A DNA stretch of 64,000 bases, taken from NCBI GenBank assembly GCA_963695655.1, contig CAVOHG010000002.1, positions 305,117 through 369,116 of the forward strand. The letters run 5' to 3'. The position numbers and the translations under genes are program-made. The notes beneath the pieces were generated by a model. It was not told the origin of the DNA, did not search any database, and saw nothing but the letters and a program-made list of their open reading frames with translations. Origin of the DNA: an uncultured Acidobacteriota bacterium (lineage in GTDB: Bacteria; Acidobacteriota; Vicinamibacteria; Vicinamibacterales; 2-12-FULL-66-21). This document shows, in pieces, positions 22,582 through 32,194 of the stretch; positions within the stretch are counted from its first letter, which is position 1, and the number at the start of each line of letters is the position of its first letter.

Positions 22582-23389
22582 TGATGGCCTCCAGTAGTGC
22601 CGAGAACTCGCCGCGGACGCGGCGCGCCACTTCCATCACTTCGTCGTGGACCAGGGGCTGGGGAAGAACTCCCGCCGCCGGGTTGGTGATGCACGAAATA
22701 CCCAGCACCTCCATCCCCATGTGCCGGGCGGCGATGGTTTCGGGCACCGTCGACATCCCCACCGCATCCGCGCCGATCGTCCTGAGGAACCGGATTTCGG
22801 CCGGCGTCTCGTAGCTCGGTCCGTGCATCGCGGCATAGATGCCATGGGCCAGGTCGATGCCGCGCGACGCCGCCGCCATGCCGGCCACGTGCCGGAGCCG
22901 CTTCGAATACGCCTCGGTCATGTCGGGAAAGCGCGGCCCGAAACGCTCGTCGTTCGGCCCGAACAGCGGACTGCTCCCCATCAGGTTGATGTGATCGTCT
23001 ATCACCATGAGCGTGCCGGGCTTGAACGCGAGGTTGATGCCTCCCGCGGCGTTCGTGAGGACAATCGTCCGCACGCCCAGCCGTGCGACGACACGCGTGG
23101 CGAATGCCGCCGTCTGGAGCGAATGCCCTTCGTAATAGTGAGCCCGGCCGCTGAGCGCCGCGACCCTGCGGGAGCCGACATTACCGACAACCAGCCTGCC
23201 GGCATGCCCGACTACTGCTGACGCCGGCCAGTTCGGGATCTCTTCGTAGGCGATCGTCGTCGCATCGAGGAGCGACGACGTGAAGTCGCCAAGCCCGGAG
23301 CCGAGCACGATCGCGACATCGGGAGGCGCGCCGATGCGCGGGCGGAGATGAGCTGCCGCTGCTTCCGCACGCGCGTAGAAATCAGTCAC
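22568..23389 (-). CDS. Purine nucleoside phosphorylase (PNP/MTAP family)
   Basis: VTDFYARAEAAA...VLGSGLG...GHAGRLVVG...LSGRAHYYEGH...TNAAGGIN...GPSYETPAEIR...GADAVGMSTVPE. The GTG start overlaps the nupC stop (GTGA at 23386-23389). The upstream part of ORF 22568-24526 is out of frame with nupC and was ignored. Confidence 0.9.
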   Translation of the reverse strand: MTDFYARAEAAAAHLRPRIGAPPDVAIVLGSGLGDFTSSLLDATTIAYEEIPNWPASAVVGHAGRLVVGNVGSRRVAALSGRAHYYEGHSLQTAAFATRVVARLGVRTIVLTNAAGGINLAFKPGTLMVIDDHINLMGSSPLFGPNDERFGPRFPDMTEAYSKRLRHVAGMAAASRGIDLAHGIYAAMHGPSYETPAEIRFLRTIGADAVGMSTVPETIAARHMGMEVLGISCITNPAAGVLPQPLVHDEVMEVARRVRGEFSALLEAIIERL

Positions 23390-24756
23390 AGCAGGAACCC
23401 GGCGATGGTCGCGGTCACGAAGTTCGCGAGCGTGCCGGCAAGCATCGCACGGAAGCCGAGCCGGGCGAGGTCGTGGCGCCTCGTCGGGGCGAGGGCGCCG
23501 ATGCCGCCGATTTGAATGCCGATCGAGCTGAAGTTGGCGAACCCGCACAAGGCGAAGGTCGCAATCGTGAACGATCGCGGATCGAGCATCGCCTTCATCG
23601 GCCCGAGCTGCGAATAGGCGACGAACTCGTTGAGCGCCATCCGCGTGCCGAGCAGGTTGCCGATCGTCGGGGCGTCGCGCCACGGCACCCCCATGCTCCA
23701 GGCGACCGGCGCAAACACCCAGCCGAAGATCTGCTGCAGGCTCAGCCCGGCGAGACCGAGCACCGCGTTGACGAGCGCGATGAGCGCGAGAAACGAGATG
23801 AGCATGGCGCCGACGTTCAGCGCCAGCGCGAGACCTTCTCCGGTGCCGCGGCCGGCAGCGTCGATGACGTTGACATCGGTCCGTTCGATCTGGAGCTTCA
23901 CCACGCCCATCGTTTCGGGCACCTCCGTCTCGGGCACGAAGATCTTTGCCATCATCAGCGTGCCTGGCGCGGTCATGATCACGGCGGTCAGCAGGTGCTG
24001 GGCCTCGATGCCGAACAGGATGTAGGCGGCCATGATGCCGCCCGAGATGTGCGCCATCCCCGAGGTCATGACCGTCATCAGCTCGGATTCGGTCATGCGC
24101 GGGAGGTACGGCCGGATGGTCAGCGGCGCTTCGGTCTGCCCCATGAAGATGCTGGCCGCGACGTTCAGCGACTCGGCCCCCGAGGCGCGCATCACGCGCC
24201 GCATCACCACCGCGAACGCGCGCACGACCAGCTGCATGATGCCGAAGTAATACAGGATGGCAAAGAGCGCGGCGATGAAGATGATCGTCGGCAGGACCTG
24301 GAACGCGAACACGACACCGTAGCGCGCGCCCTCGGGTCCGAGCACCTGCGTCATGATCCGCGGCCACACGACCTTGTCGCCGAGCGGACCGAACACGAAG
24401 CTCGAACCGACGAAGGCAAAGTCGAGCAGCCGGTTGATGACGCCGCCGAGCGTCTGGAAGACGCGCTGGCCCGCCGCGGTCTTCAGCACGAGCAGCGCAA
24501 AGACCATCTGCAGACTCAAGCCCCACACGACAGTACGCAGGTCGATGGCGCGACGATTCGTCGACAGAGTGTAGGCCAGCGTCATGATGACGATCAGCCC
24601 GACGAGCGGCTGAACGCGCGGCATGCCGCCGAACTGCGCGAGCAGCGCCACGAGCGTCGCGGCAGCAATCGCGCCCCCGATGATCGCCAGGTCGCGGGTG
24701 TCGAACGGTGCACGCATCGGGCGCACGGGGTGCTCGGCGCCAACTGCCTCAGTCAT
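23386..24756 (-). CDS. nupC: NupC/NupG family concentrative nucleoside transporter
   Basis: Multi-TM protein ...NRRAIDLRTVVWGLSLQMVFALLVLKT...SIFMGQTEAPL...MTSGMAHISGG...ALCGFANFSSIGI. Start chosen at MTEAVG (24756), 20 nt after the deoA stop. Confidence 0.9.
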   Translation of the reverse strand: MTEAVGAEHPVRPMRAPFDTRDLAIIGGAIAAATLVALLAQFGGMPRVQPLVGLIVIMTLAYTLSTNRRAIDLRTVVWGLSLQMVFALLVLKTAAGQRVFQTLGGVINRLLDFAFVGSSFVFGPLGDKVVWPRIMTQVLGPEGARYGVVFAFQVLPTIIFIAALFAILYYFGIMQLVVRAFAVVMRRVMRASGAESLNVAASIFMGQTEAPLTIRPYLPRMTESELMTVMTSGMAHISGGIMAAYILFGIEAQHLLTAVIMTAPGTLMMAKIFVPETEVPETMGVVKLQIERTDVNVIDAAGRGTGEGLALALNVGAMLISFLALIALVNAVLGLAGLSLQQIFGWVFAPVAWSMGVPWRDAPTIGNLLGTRMALNEFVAYSQLGPMKAMLDPRSFTIATFALCGFANFSSIGIQIGGIGALAPTRRHDLARLGFRAMLAGTLANFVTATIAGFLL

Positions 24757-24775
24757 CAAATCTCCTCGGAACCAT

Positions 24776-26096
24776 TCAGGACGCCGCGCCGTGCTCGATG
24801 CGATCGACGATGAGTGGACGAAGTACCGCCGGCTCATCGCCGACCTGGACGGCGGATTCGAGCAGCGGCAGCGCTTCGCTGAGCCCGCGGCCGGCGCGGT
24901 GATGGATCATCAGCACGGCATCCCCCTCGGACGACCTGCGTGCCAGGCGGGCAGCGGACTTCGACGCCGACGCCCGGATCGATCGTGTCGGCGAGCGTCG
25001 CGCGGCCGGCGCCAAGGGCAACAGCGGCACGTCCGATCTGCTCCGCGTGGAGGCCCGTGACGTACCCTGCGCGGCGTGCCGGGACGATGTGCCGGTCGGG
25101 GGCGGCGGGCAGTCGATGGTAATCGTCGATCACCGCGGGATCGCCGCCCTGCCGGGTCACAATCCGCCGGAACAGGTCGAGCGCCGCGCCGGAGTCGAGT
25201 GCGGCGCGGATGCGCGCTTCGGCTGCGGGCTCGCTATCCTCGATCCGCGCCGTCATCAGCATGCGGGCCGCCAGCGTCACGGACAGTGCTTCCAGATCGG
25301 CGGGGCCTCGCCCTTTGAGCGTCTCGATCGACTCGATGACCTCCAGGGAGTTGCCGACCATCCGACCGAGCGGCGCGTCCATCGACGTGATCAGCGCCTC
25401 GGTGCGGACTCCGGAGGCGACACCGATGGCGACGAGCGACTCGGCGAGCTGTCGTGACGCTTCGGGCGTTTTCATGAACGCGCCGACGCCGGTCTTGACG
25501 TCGAGCACCAGCCCGCCGATCCCTTCCGCGATTTTCTTGCTCATGATCGATGCGCAGATGAGCGGGATGCTCTCGACCGTGCCGGTTACGTCGCGAAGGG
25601 CGTAGAGGATACGGTCCGCGGGTGCAATCTCCGAGGTCTGGCCGATGAGCGCGCATCCGACGTCGTGGAGCGCCGCGCGCAGTTCGTCGAGCGACAGTGC
25701 CGTGCGAAACCCCGGGATCGCCTCGAGCTTGTCGAGCGTGCCGCCGGTATGTCCGAGGCCGCGTCCGGACATCATCGGCACGTACGCGCCGCATGCCGCC
25801 GCCAGAGGCGCGAGAATCAACGACGTCTTGTCGCCGACGCCGCCGGTGCTGTGCTTATCGACAGGAATTCCGTCGACGCCGGGGTAGTCGACGCGGACAC
25901 CGGAGCGAACCATTGCGTCCGTGAGCGCCGCGGTCTCCGGCGCCGACATGCCGCGGATGAGAATGGCCATGAGCAGCGCCGACGCCTGGTAATCGGGAAA
26001 ACTGCCGTCGGTCACGCCGTGCACGAAGAAATCGATCTCCTCGCGGTCCAGGGTGCGGCCGTCCCGCTTGTGCCGTATGACGTCGACCGCGCGCAT
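24776..26096 (-). CDS. deoA: Thymidine/pyrimidine-nucleoside phosphorylase, frame disrupted in a C5 run at 24922-24926
   Basis: MRAVDVIRHKRDG...DKHSTGGVGDKTSL...MMSGRGLGHTGGTLDKLE...SIMSKK... Removing one C gives ...GVEVRCPPGTQVVRGDAVLMIHHRAGRG. Length is 3n+1. Confidence 0.9.
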
Positions 26097-26340
26097 GGAA
26101 GGGTGTGGGTGTGGACTGGAGACCGGAGCGAATCCGGCTAAATCCGGACACTACTATAGATTATGGCCGGGTTCTTCGAGAACCGGTGATTACCAGTTTG
26201 TTTTTGTCGCGGAGCCCGGAATCGTCTAATAACGTCTAACGGGCGAAAGGATCGACGACAGGAACCCATGCTGTCACTCGACGCCGTGGTGTGAACATCT
26301 GGCTCAGGCGCGCTGCGCAAACGCGAGAGGGCGATGAGTG

Positions 26341-26604
26341 TTACGTTCTCGGGCGCTGGTTCAGCCGTTCGGCCAACGCGCCAAATACGTTTGCGGAGTC
26401 TTCCAGAAGCGCATTCGTGCGCTTCAGCTGTGCGACTTCGGCTTCCAAGTGATGGCAGTCGGGCGCAATCGGAAGGACATCATGGCGCGGTGATGTTGGA
26501 GCACCAGCCCGCCGACGCTCTTCGGTGTGAGCACCAGCCCGTTCAGGATGGCTAACTCGCCTGCGGTCGGGAATTGACGGCCACTCCGAGTGATTGGCGT
26601 CCAT
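26341..26604 (-). CDS. Small leucine-zipper protein, possibly an IS3-family OrfA-like remnant
   Basis: Strong RBS (acaggaggtgttatATG). The C-terminus LEAEVAQLKRTNALLEDSANVFGALAERLNQRP resembles the LRRANEILKAASAFFAAELDRP zipper of IS3 OrfA proteins (from memory). No OrfB follows. Confidence 0.35.
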   Translation of the reverse strand: MDANHSEWPSIPDRRRVSHPERAGAHTEERRRAGAPTSPRHDVLPIAPDCHHLEAEVAQLKRTNALLEDSANVFGALAERLNQRPRT

Positions 26605-26720
26605 ATAACACCTCCTGTGGAAGCGCCGGGTGAGGAACCCGACAGATGGCGGGAGGCTCAAATGGGCAGCGCGGACGAGAACTTACGACACGTTGCTGGT
26701 GTGGTCGGACCTGGACGCGT

Positions 26721-27458
26721 TTACTTGGTTGGAGCGGCGCGGTCAGACGCCAGCTGAGGGTTTCCCGCGCGGCGGCGACGCATGGCGAGCCACCCGAGGC
26801 CGCTCCCGAGCAGGATCAGCGTGGTCGGCTCCGGCACCGGGGCGAGCGAGTATTGATAGTCGAAGAACGGACGGTTCGGCTCGAAAAATATCACCCGCCC
26901 GGTGCCGGTGCCATAGAGCGAGTGCCGGAATAGAAGGGCGCCGGTGTCGATGTCGAAGCCGCTGAGTGTGCCGGAGAATGTCACCGGCGCCCGGCCGCCG
27001 ATCAGCCCGAGAGGATCACCCTCAAGCACGGCTGTCCCGCCCGTGAACAGGAAGTCACCTGCAATGTCATAAGCCTGTCCGTCACCAAAACTGCCCGCGA
27101 AGCCACGGCCACGGGTGAATGTGGCCCGCGTCGTCAGGCTGTACGGAGCGCCGGCCTTCAAGGGTTGTGGAGTGGCGGGCCGGCTGAGCTCAAGCCCACC
27201 GCGGTTACCGAGGATCGGGATGGTCTCGAGCGCCTCGCCGGAAAATTTCGGGAGTCCCGCGCCGACGAGAGAGAAGACGAGCTCGTTGATTGGGCCTTGG
27301 TAAGACGGAAAGTCGCCGCCTGCGGAATCGATGTTGACCGCCCCCGAGACTCTGATCGGCTCGGCGTGGGCGGGCACAGCCGCGAGCGCCTGGGCGATGA
27401 CGATTCCTGTTGTGAGAAAGAGAGCAACCCGTGATGGCAGTTTCGTTGAAAGCTTCAA
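26721..27458 (-). CDS. PEP-CTERM sorting-domain secreted protein
   Basis: TTG start after a gagagg RBS. Signal peptide (M)KLSTKLPSRVALFLTTGIVIAQALAAVPAHA. C-terminal VPEPTTLILLGSGLGWLAMRRRR motif. Confidence 0.75.
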   Translation of the reverse strand: MKLSTKLPSRVALFLTTGIVIAQALAAVPAHAEPIRVSGAVNIDSAGGDFPSYQGPINELVFSLVGAGLPKFSGEALETIPILGNRGGLELSRPATPQPLKAGAPYSLTTRATFTRGRGFAGSFGDGQAYDIAGDFLFTGGTAVLEGDPLGLIGGRAPVTFSGTLSGFDIDTGALLFRHSLYGTGTGRVIFFEPNRPFFDYQYSLAPVPEPTTLILLGSGLGWLAMRRRRAGNPQLASDRAAPTK

Positions 27459-27619
27459 GTAGACCCTCTCGCAAATTCCTCTGAATGGGTGACGCGGGCG
27501 GCTAGCACGCAAGAAAGAGACCGATGTCGTGGTCAGGCGAACTCCAAACACATGTTGCCCGGCCATATGGCGGCTACTTGAGCGGGACAAACACGCGTAT
27601 TCCGGCAGTGAGCACTACT

Positions 27620-28162
27620 TCAGACGGTCAGGGCTGGCCGATTCCGGCGGCGCCGCACGCTCCCAAGGAGCGCCAGCCCGGTCCCCCCAAGGACCAGAGA
27701 AGCAGGTTCAGGAACGGGATTCGAAAACTCGGCTGCGTGGCTGTCTCGGTTGATGTCAAGAAGCGAAACCGAAAACGGCGTGCAACACCCCGGGATGATG
27801 AGGTCGAACGCAATTAGATTCGTCGTCCCAACGCTGAACGTCGGCAACTGGTTGACGAACGTCGTGTCACCCGATGCAGGGAAGGACCCGGAAAGCTGGA
27901 ACAGCCCGTCACGAGCCCGGGCTCCAATCGTGTTCCTAAAACCAGTCGTCACGGGTGTCACTGCAATGAGAAACGCAATGAACTCCTGATTTAGGTTCGG
28001 CGTGAAATCGATCGTGCGTGTCCCGAACGTGACGACGGGGTCCACGTTCAGATCGGTGCTGACCGGGGACTCGAGCGGCAGTGGAATCTGAATCGGATCA
28101 GCTCCGGCAGAGCCGGCGGCCAGCAGGAAACCAATGAACATCAATGCGGCCAAGTCTCTCAT
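27620..28162 (-). CDS. PEP-CTERM sorting-domain secreted protein
   Basis: Signal peptide MRDLAALMFIGFLLAAGSAGA. C-terminal VPEPASLVLGGTGLALLGSVRRRR. Confidence 0.8.
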   Translation of the reverse strand: MRDLAALMFIGFLLAAGSAGADPIQIPLPLESPVSTDLNVDPVVTFGTRTIDFTPNLNQEFIAFLIAVTPVTTGFRNTIGARARDGLFQLSGSFPASGDTTFVNQLPTFSVGTTNLIAFDLIIPGCCTPFSVSLLDINRDSHAAEFSNPVPEPASLVLGGTGLALLGSVRRRRNRPALTV

Positions 28163-29009
28163 GGCTGTTCCTCCTGAAAACGCCGCGGCATTACCGCCAG
28201 CGCGACCGATGACCCGGTTCGATCACGGCTTCGACTGTCCGGATTCGGCAACTGTGAGCCGACTGTGAGCAAAAGGTAACCCGTTCTTACCGCCTGCAGG
28301 CGGCTGTGGGGGCAAGCCTGCAATTCCAGCGCCTCGCATTGGACGCTCGAGGTGGCGTAGCGTTTGCGGTAACGAAGCAAAGGTGATCAAACCTCGTCGA
28401 GCGCACGGCGATCCATCACGACCTCAGGAAGGCATCAGGCACGCTCTTCGCGATAGCGACGAAAGCGAGGCGTACTTCATCGGGCGGACCTTGGCAATCG
28501 CCCGGTCACGTGCGCCGTTTCCAGTATCCACATTCAGTTCCTCAGCGAGACGCACGCGACCTGCACGGCCTCGTACGCCTGCGGTGTCCCCTGGCCACTC
28601 GGCGCCGGCGCTCCTGCGACGACCTCCACCCTGTCCCTGGACGTGTTGAAGGAAGGCGGAGCGTGACAGATGGTGGAATCGGCTAGGGATCAGGTGTTCG
28701 TGCTCGATGTCCGGCGAAGAAATAATCAGGTCAACACAGCCTCACCCTGGGTTGTTCACCCTTGCGTCGGGTACGCAAATTACGATTCCGGCCAGTTGCG
28801 TAGACAGCGCTTGACGGCACGGCTACGGGATGCCGTCGCGTCCCGCCGCTTCCACGAGCAGCGGGGTTGTGTTCGAAACGGGAGCCACCAGGACAAGCGA
28901 CACCACCATCCAAACCAAATGCGCTGCGGATTGACCTGATGACTTTCGACTGCGGAAGTACTGTTTGGATCACCAGCGGGAGTCTGTGAGTAAGCTCTCG
29001 GCCAGAGAC

Positions 29010-29606
29010 ATGACGGCCGACCAGAATCACCGCACAATTCGCAGCAAGTGCGCGAAGGACTGGCCAGACGACCTCCCAATGCGCAACTTCTGCGAGGAGC
29101 GCGGCCACGCATGACCACCTGGCGAAGTTCCGCGCCTCGACGGTCGGCAAGCTGCAGACGAGGCTCGCCGAAGACCGTGCCGCCGCACTGAAGCCGAAGC
29201 AGACTCCGGACCCCGCAATGGCGACGGTGCGCGAACTGCGAAATCGGGAGATGCGCGATCAGTTGCGCACACTCGACAAGGTGCAGCTACAGGTTCGCAT
29301 TCGCCAAGCCGTGAGCGACGGAGCGTCGACGGATTTGTCGACGCACTGGAAGGTGCGCCCGCGGGTTTCGAGATCGCGCCGAAGCATCTCGTCGAAGAGG
29401 CGCGAGCCGCAATCGCAGAACGCGATCATCCCGAGCTCGGCGAACTCGCAACGCTCATGCGTCAGGACCAGTTCCTGATCAACAGCGCGACGCAGGCCGT
29501 AAAAGCCGCTGTCGAAGACGCCGGTCCCGCACCAGACGCACCGGTCGCGGACACGCGCCAGCCGTACACGGTTAGTGGCACTCCCCTGCCGGGTGCGAAG
29601 GCGTAG
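29010..29606 (+). CDS. Hypothetical island protein, apparently two compensating frame disruptions (about 29105, 29320)
   Basis: MTADQNHRTIRSKCAKDWPDDLPMRNFCEER / HDHLAKFRASTVGKLQTRLAEDR...VQLQVRIRQAVSDG / VDGFVDALEGAPAGFEIAPKHLVEEARAAIAERDHPELGELATLMRQDQFLINSATQAV... read as protein-like segments in frames 0, 1 and 0. No family recognised. Confidence 0.3.
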
Positions 29607-29777
29607 CGAAATAAAACCAGCGGAGGGTAGGCCGGGCGGTCAGGGTTGCTGCCTCGAATCACCGTCGGTCCCTCTGCGACGACGAGAGTCGTTACCAGCT
29701 GATGGTGAACACCCTGCAGGGAGCGTGGCGTCCCCTGTGTCAGCCGTCTGTCGCCCGAGGCGACAGCGGCACGTCAC

Positions 29778-30164
29778 CTAGCACGGCGTGAGCGAGCAGA
29801 TCACTTTCACGAGATCCGGCGGCATGAGCGGCACGAGAGCGACGTGGTCAAAGATTCCTGCGTCGATCTTCAAACGGAACGACACGAGCGCGATCAGCAC
29901 GTCGCACCGTGTTCTCGCTCGAAGCGTCAGGGCGATATGTTCCGCGTCATCGTGAGGGTGGAGTTGAACAACCACGACGTCTGCGGCACGTGGCGGCACG
30001 TTTTCGAGAGCGCCGGCGACATGAACCTCGAACCCGTCCGCCCGGATGATCTGCGCGTACAGCTCACGCGTGTCCGCGTGAGCGGAGAGCAGAACGACAC
30101 GTACGGTAATGGGGTCCACAGGGAGATCACCGCTGAGCTTAGCTCCGAGCGGAGCGAGGCGCAA
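29778..30164 (-). CDS. Receiver-like (CheY-fold) protein lacking the phospho-acceptor Asp
   Basis: VRVVLLSAHADTRELYAQIIRADGFEVHVAG...AADVVVVQLHPHDD...DVLIALVS...PLMPPDL follows the REC strand/helix pattern, but has SAH in place of the acidic pair and Q in place of the D in the VVVVQL strand. Confidence 0.45.
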   Translation of the reverse strand: MRLAPLGAKLSGDLPVDPITVRVVLLSAHADTRELYAQIIRADGFEVHVAGALENVPPRAADVVVVQLHPHDDAEHIALTLRARTRCDVLIALVSFRLKIDAGIFDHVALVPLMPPDLVKVICSLTPC

Positions 30165-30523
30165 GCATCAGGCGTTCTATCCACCCTTAGCCGTGCATCA
30201 GCGACGCAGGAGTTAGCCCTAAACACTTGCAAACAACGCATTTACCGCGTGTCTCAACTGTTGTCTCGCCCATAAGTCTCATTAGACAGTCCGGGCATGG
30301 ACAAAAACGCGATTCGGACGCTTCGCACGCATCTCTGGTACATCGCGGACACCGCGACCATGGCGTAACGCGTCAAGGCGGATAGCGAGGACCTCTGTGA
30401 TCTGCTCGACGACATCGACACGCACCTCCAGGCCACCATCGAACTGGTCAATCGGCTGCGCGGCGTCGAATGCGAGGACCGGGATGTCTAGGCGCGTTTA
30501 CCTCATCAACGTCGGGAGGGGTT

Positions 30524-31698
30524 ATGCGCGGTAGTTTGCACAAGGCATCGATGAAACGCGGCAGCCTGCCGAAAGGCCAGTTCCGCTGGAACATCATGCT
30601 GTCGCTCGGTCGCGCCGAGGATGGCAAGTACAAACAGAAGTGCATCCGCTTCTGCGGCACGCGCAGGCAGGCGGAGCAGAAACTAGTCGAGCTGACTGGC
30701 GAGATTCACCGGGGCGAATTCATCGAGCCATCAAAGATCACGGTCGGTGAGTACTTGGACACGTGGCTTGAGATGGCGATCAAGCCGCCGCAGAAAGCCC
30801 AGAGTACGGTACAGACTCCTACGAGACGATCGTCCGTCTCCACATAAAGCCGGCGCTCGGACATCTGCCGCTGCAGGCGCTCACGCCGTTGCACATCCAG
30901 CGTTACTACGCAGATTTGAAAATGGCTCCGGGAAGTGCGTGCGTTCACCACGCCGTTCTGAGCCACGCGCTTAAGTCCGCCGTGAACGCCGGCCACCTGC
31001 GAACGAACGCAGCGTCACGCGTCTCGAACAAGCCACGGCTGCAGCACAGCGAAGACGTTTTGAACAACGTCTGGAACGCGGACGAGGCTCGCAAGTTCCT
31101 AGCCTACGTGCAGCAGAACTGCAGCACGCAGGATGCCGCGTTTTACACCGTCGCGCTTGAGAGCGGATGCCGAAAGTGCGAACTGCTCGGACTGCAGTGG
31201 AAGGATGTGAGCGGTTCGTCGCTACGCGTCGAGCGGCAGTTGACTGGCCCGGAACCGTCGTTCTCCATGCCGAAGAGTCGCCGAGGCCGCTCGCTCGACC
31301 TCTCGTCGCAGACGCTCAAACTGCTGGCGCAGCACAAAAGCGAGCAGGCCGAGTTGAAGATGAAGAACCGTCACCACTACCAGGACAACGGACTAATCTT
31401 CGCGCGCGAGTGGGGGCAGCAGAACGTCCTTCACGCGCTCGGAACGCCGCTCGGGATCGCACGCATCAACGAAGGCCTGAATCGACTGTGCAAGGCCGCC
31501 GATGTGAAGTGCATCACCGTGCACGGCCTGCGGCACACCTGCGCGACGTTGTTGCTCTCTCAGGGCGCACAGCCGCACCTCGTGCAACAACGGCTCGGCC
31601 ACAAGAACATCATGATTACGCTGCAGATCTACGGGCACGTGTTGCCTTCGATGCAGCACGAGGCGGCCAACAAACTTGGAAACCTGCTGCACGGCTAG
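30524..31698 (+). CDS. Tyrosine site-specific recombinase (phage integrase family), frame disrupted near 30817
   Basis: SAM-like N-domain ...TVGEYLDTWLEMAIKP.../...YETIVRLHIKPALGHLPLQALTPLHIQRYY. Catalytic residues in ...ALESGCRKCELLGLQW (R), VHGLRHTCATLL (H-x-x-R), LGHKNIMITLQIYGHV (H...Y). Length is 3n+2. Confidence 0.85.
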
Positions 31699-31990
31699 TG
31701 CACTCACAACCGTACGCTCTCCGCGCCAATGGCTGCCAGAAGTCGTATTTGGAGTAGTGGTCAGTTTGGTTTTGCGCTCGATCATGCAAACCGCACAGGT
31801 CTGTTCCAGCCCTTCCGCAAGCGCCTAATCATCGAAGTGTCACGTGTGCTGCTTGCGAGTCGCGGTATCGTGTCCTAGCCACGACTTGCGCGAGCAGGCT
31901 GTGGCTACTTCAGGTTCACACGTCCGACCTGCCACCCAGCATTCTTGACGGTCCGCGCTCCCATTCCCTGAGCTGGAATGGCCGCGCAGG

Positions 31991-32194
31991 GTGATTCTCA
32001 TGCCCGATCCTAGCTTACCGCGGGGCTGTCCCGCATGCGGTGCGAAGCTGACGTACCTGCTGACGATTGCCGATACGCACATCTACTCATGTCTGAGAGA
32101 CGGATTGGCGGAGCTTCCACCGGCTGGGATCATTCGTCTTGTAGCCCGCGAAGAACTCGAAGCCCGAATCGACCGTGGCGATCCCATCAGCTGA
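31991..32194 (+). CDS. Possible small Cys-containing (zinc-ribbon-like) protein
   Basis: 67-aa ORF with CPACGAKL...YSC. No RBS checked and no family recognised. Confidence 0.2.
   Translation: MILMPDPSLPRGCPACGAKLTYLLTIADTHIYSCLRDGLAELPPAGIIRLVAREELEARIDRGDPIS

Noticed and set aside
23390-24526. Upstream part of the 652-aa ORF 22568-24526, and the 446-aa + strand ORF 23473-24813
   Set aside because: Both overlap the NupC transporter gene out of frame or antisense. They translate to Arg/His/Asp-rich low-complexity sequence with no domain motifs.
26153-26171. Treating the shared 11-mer ttatggccggg (26161-71 and 32567-77) alone as proof of att sites
   Set aside because: Exact 11-mers are expected by chance many times in 64 kb. 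The island claim rests on the extended three-way motif relation plus composition and the integrase, and is therefore reported only as a moderate-confidence finding.
28383-28730. A gene on the minus strand (protein-like fragments such as ...AYEAVQV..., ...EELNVDTGNGARDRAIAKVRP..., ...DEVRLAFVAIAKSVPDAFLRS)
   Set aside because: The fragments lie in three different frames with no start codon or recognisable family. I cannot support a feature call, though it may be a decayed island gene.
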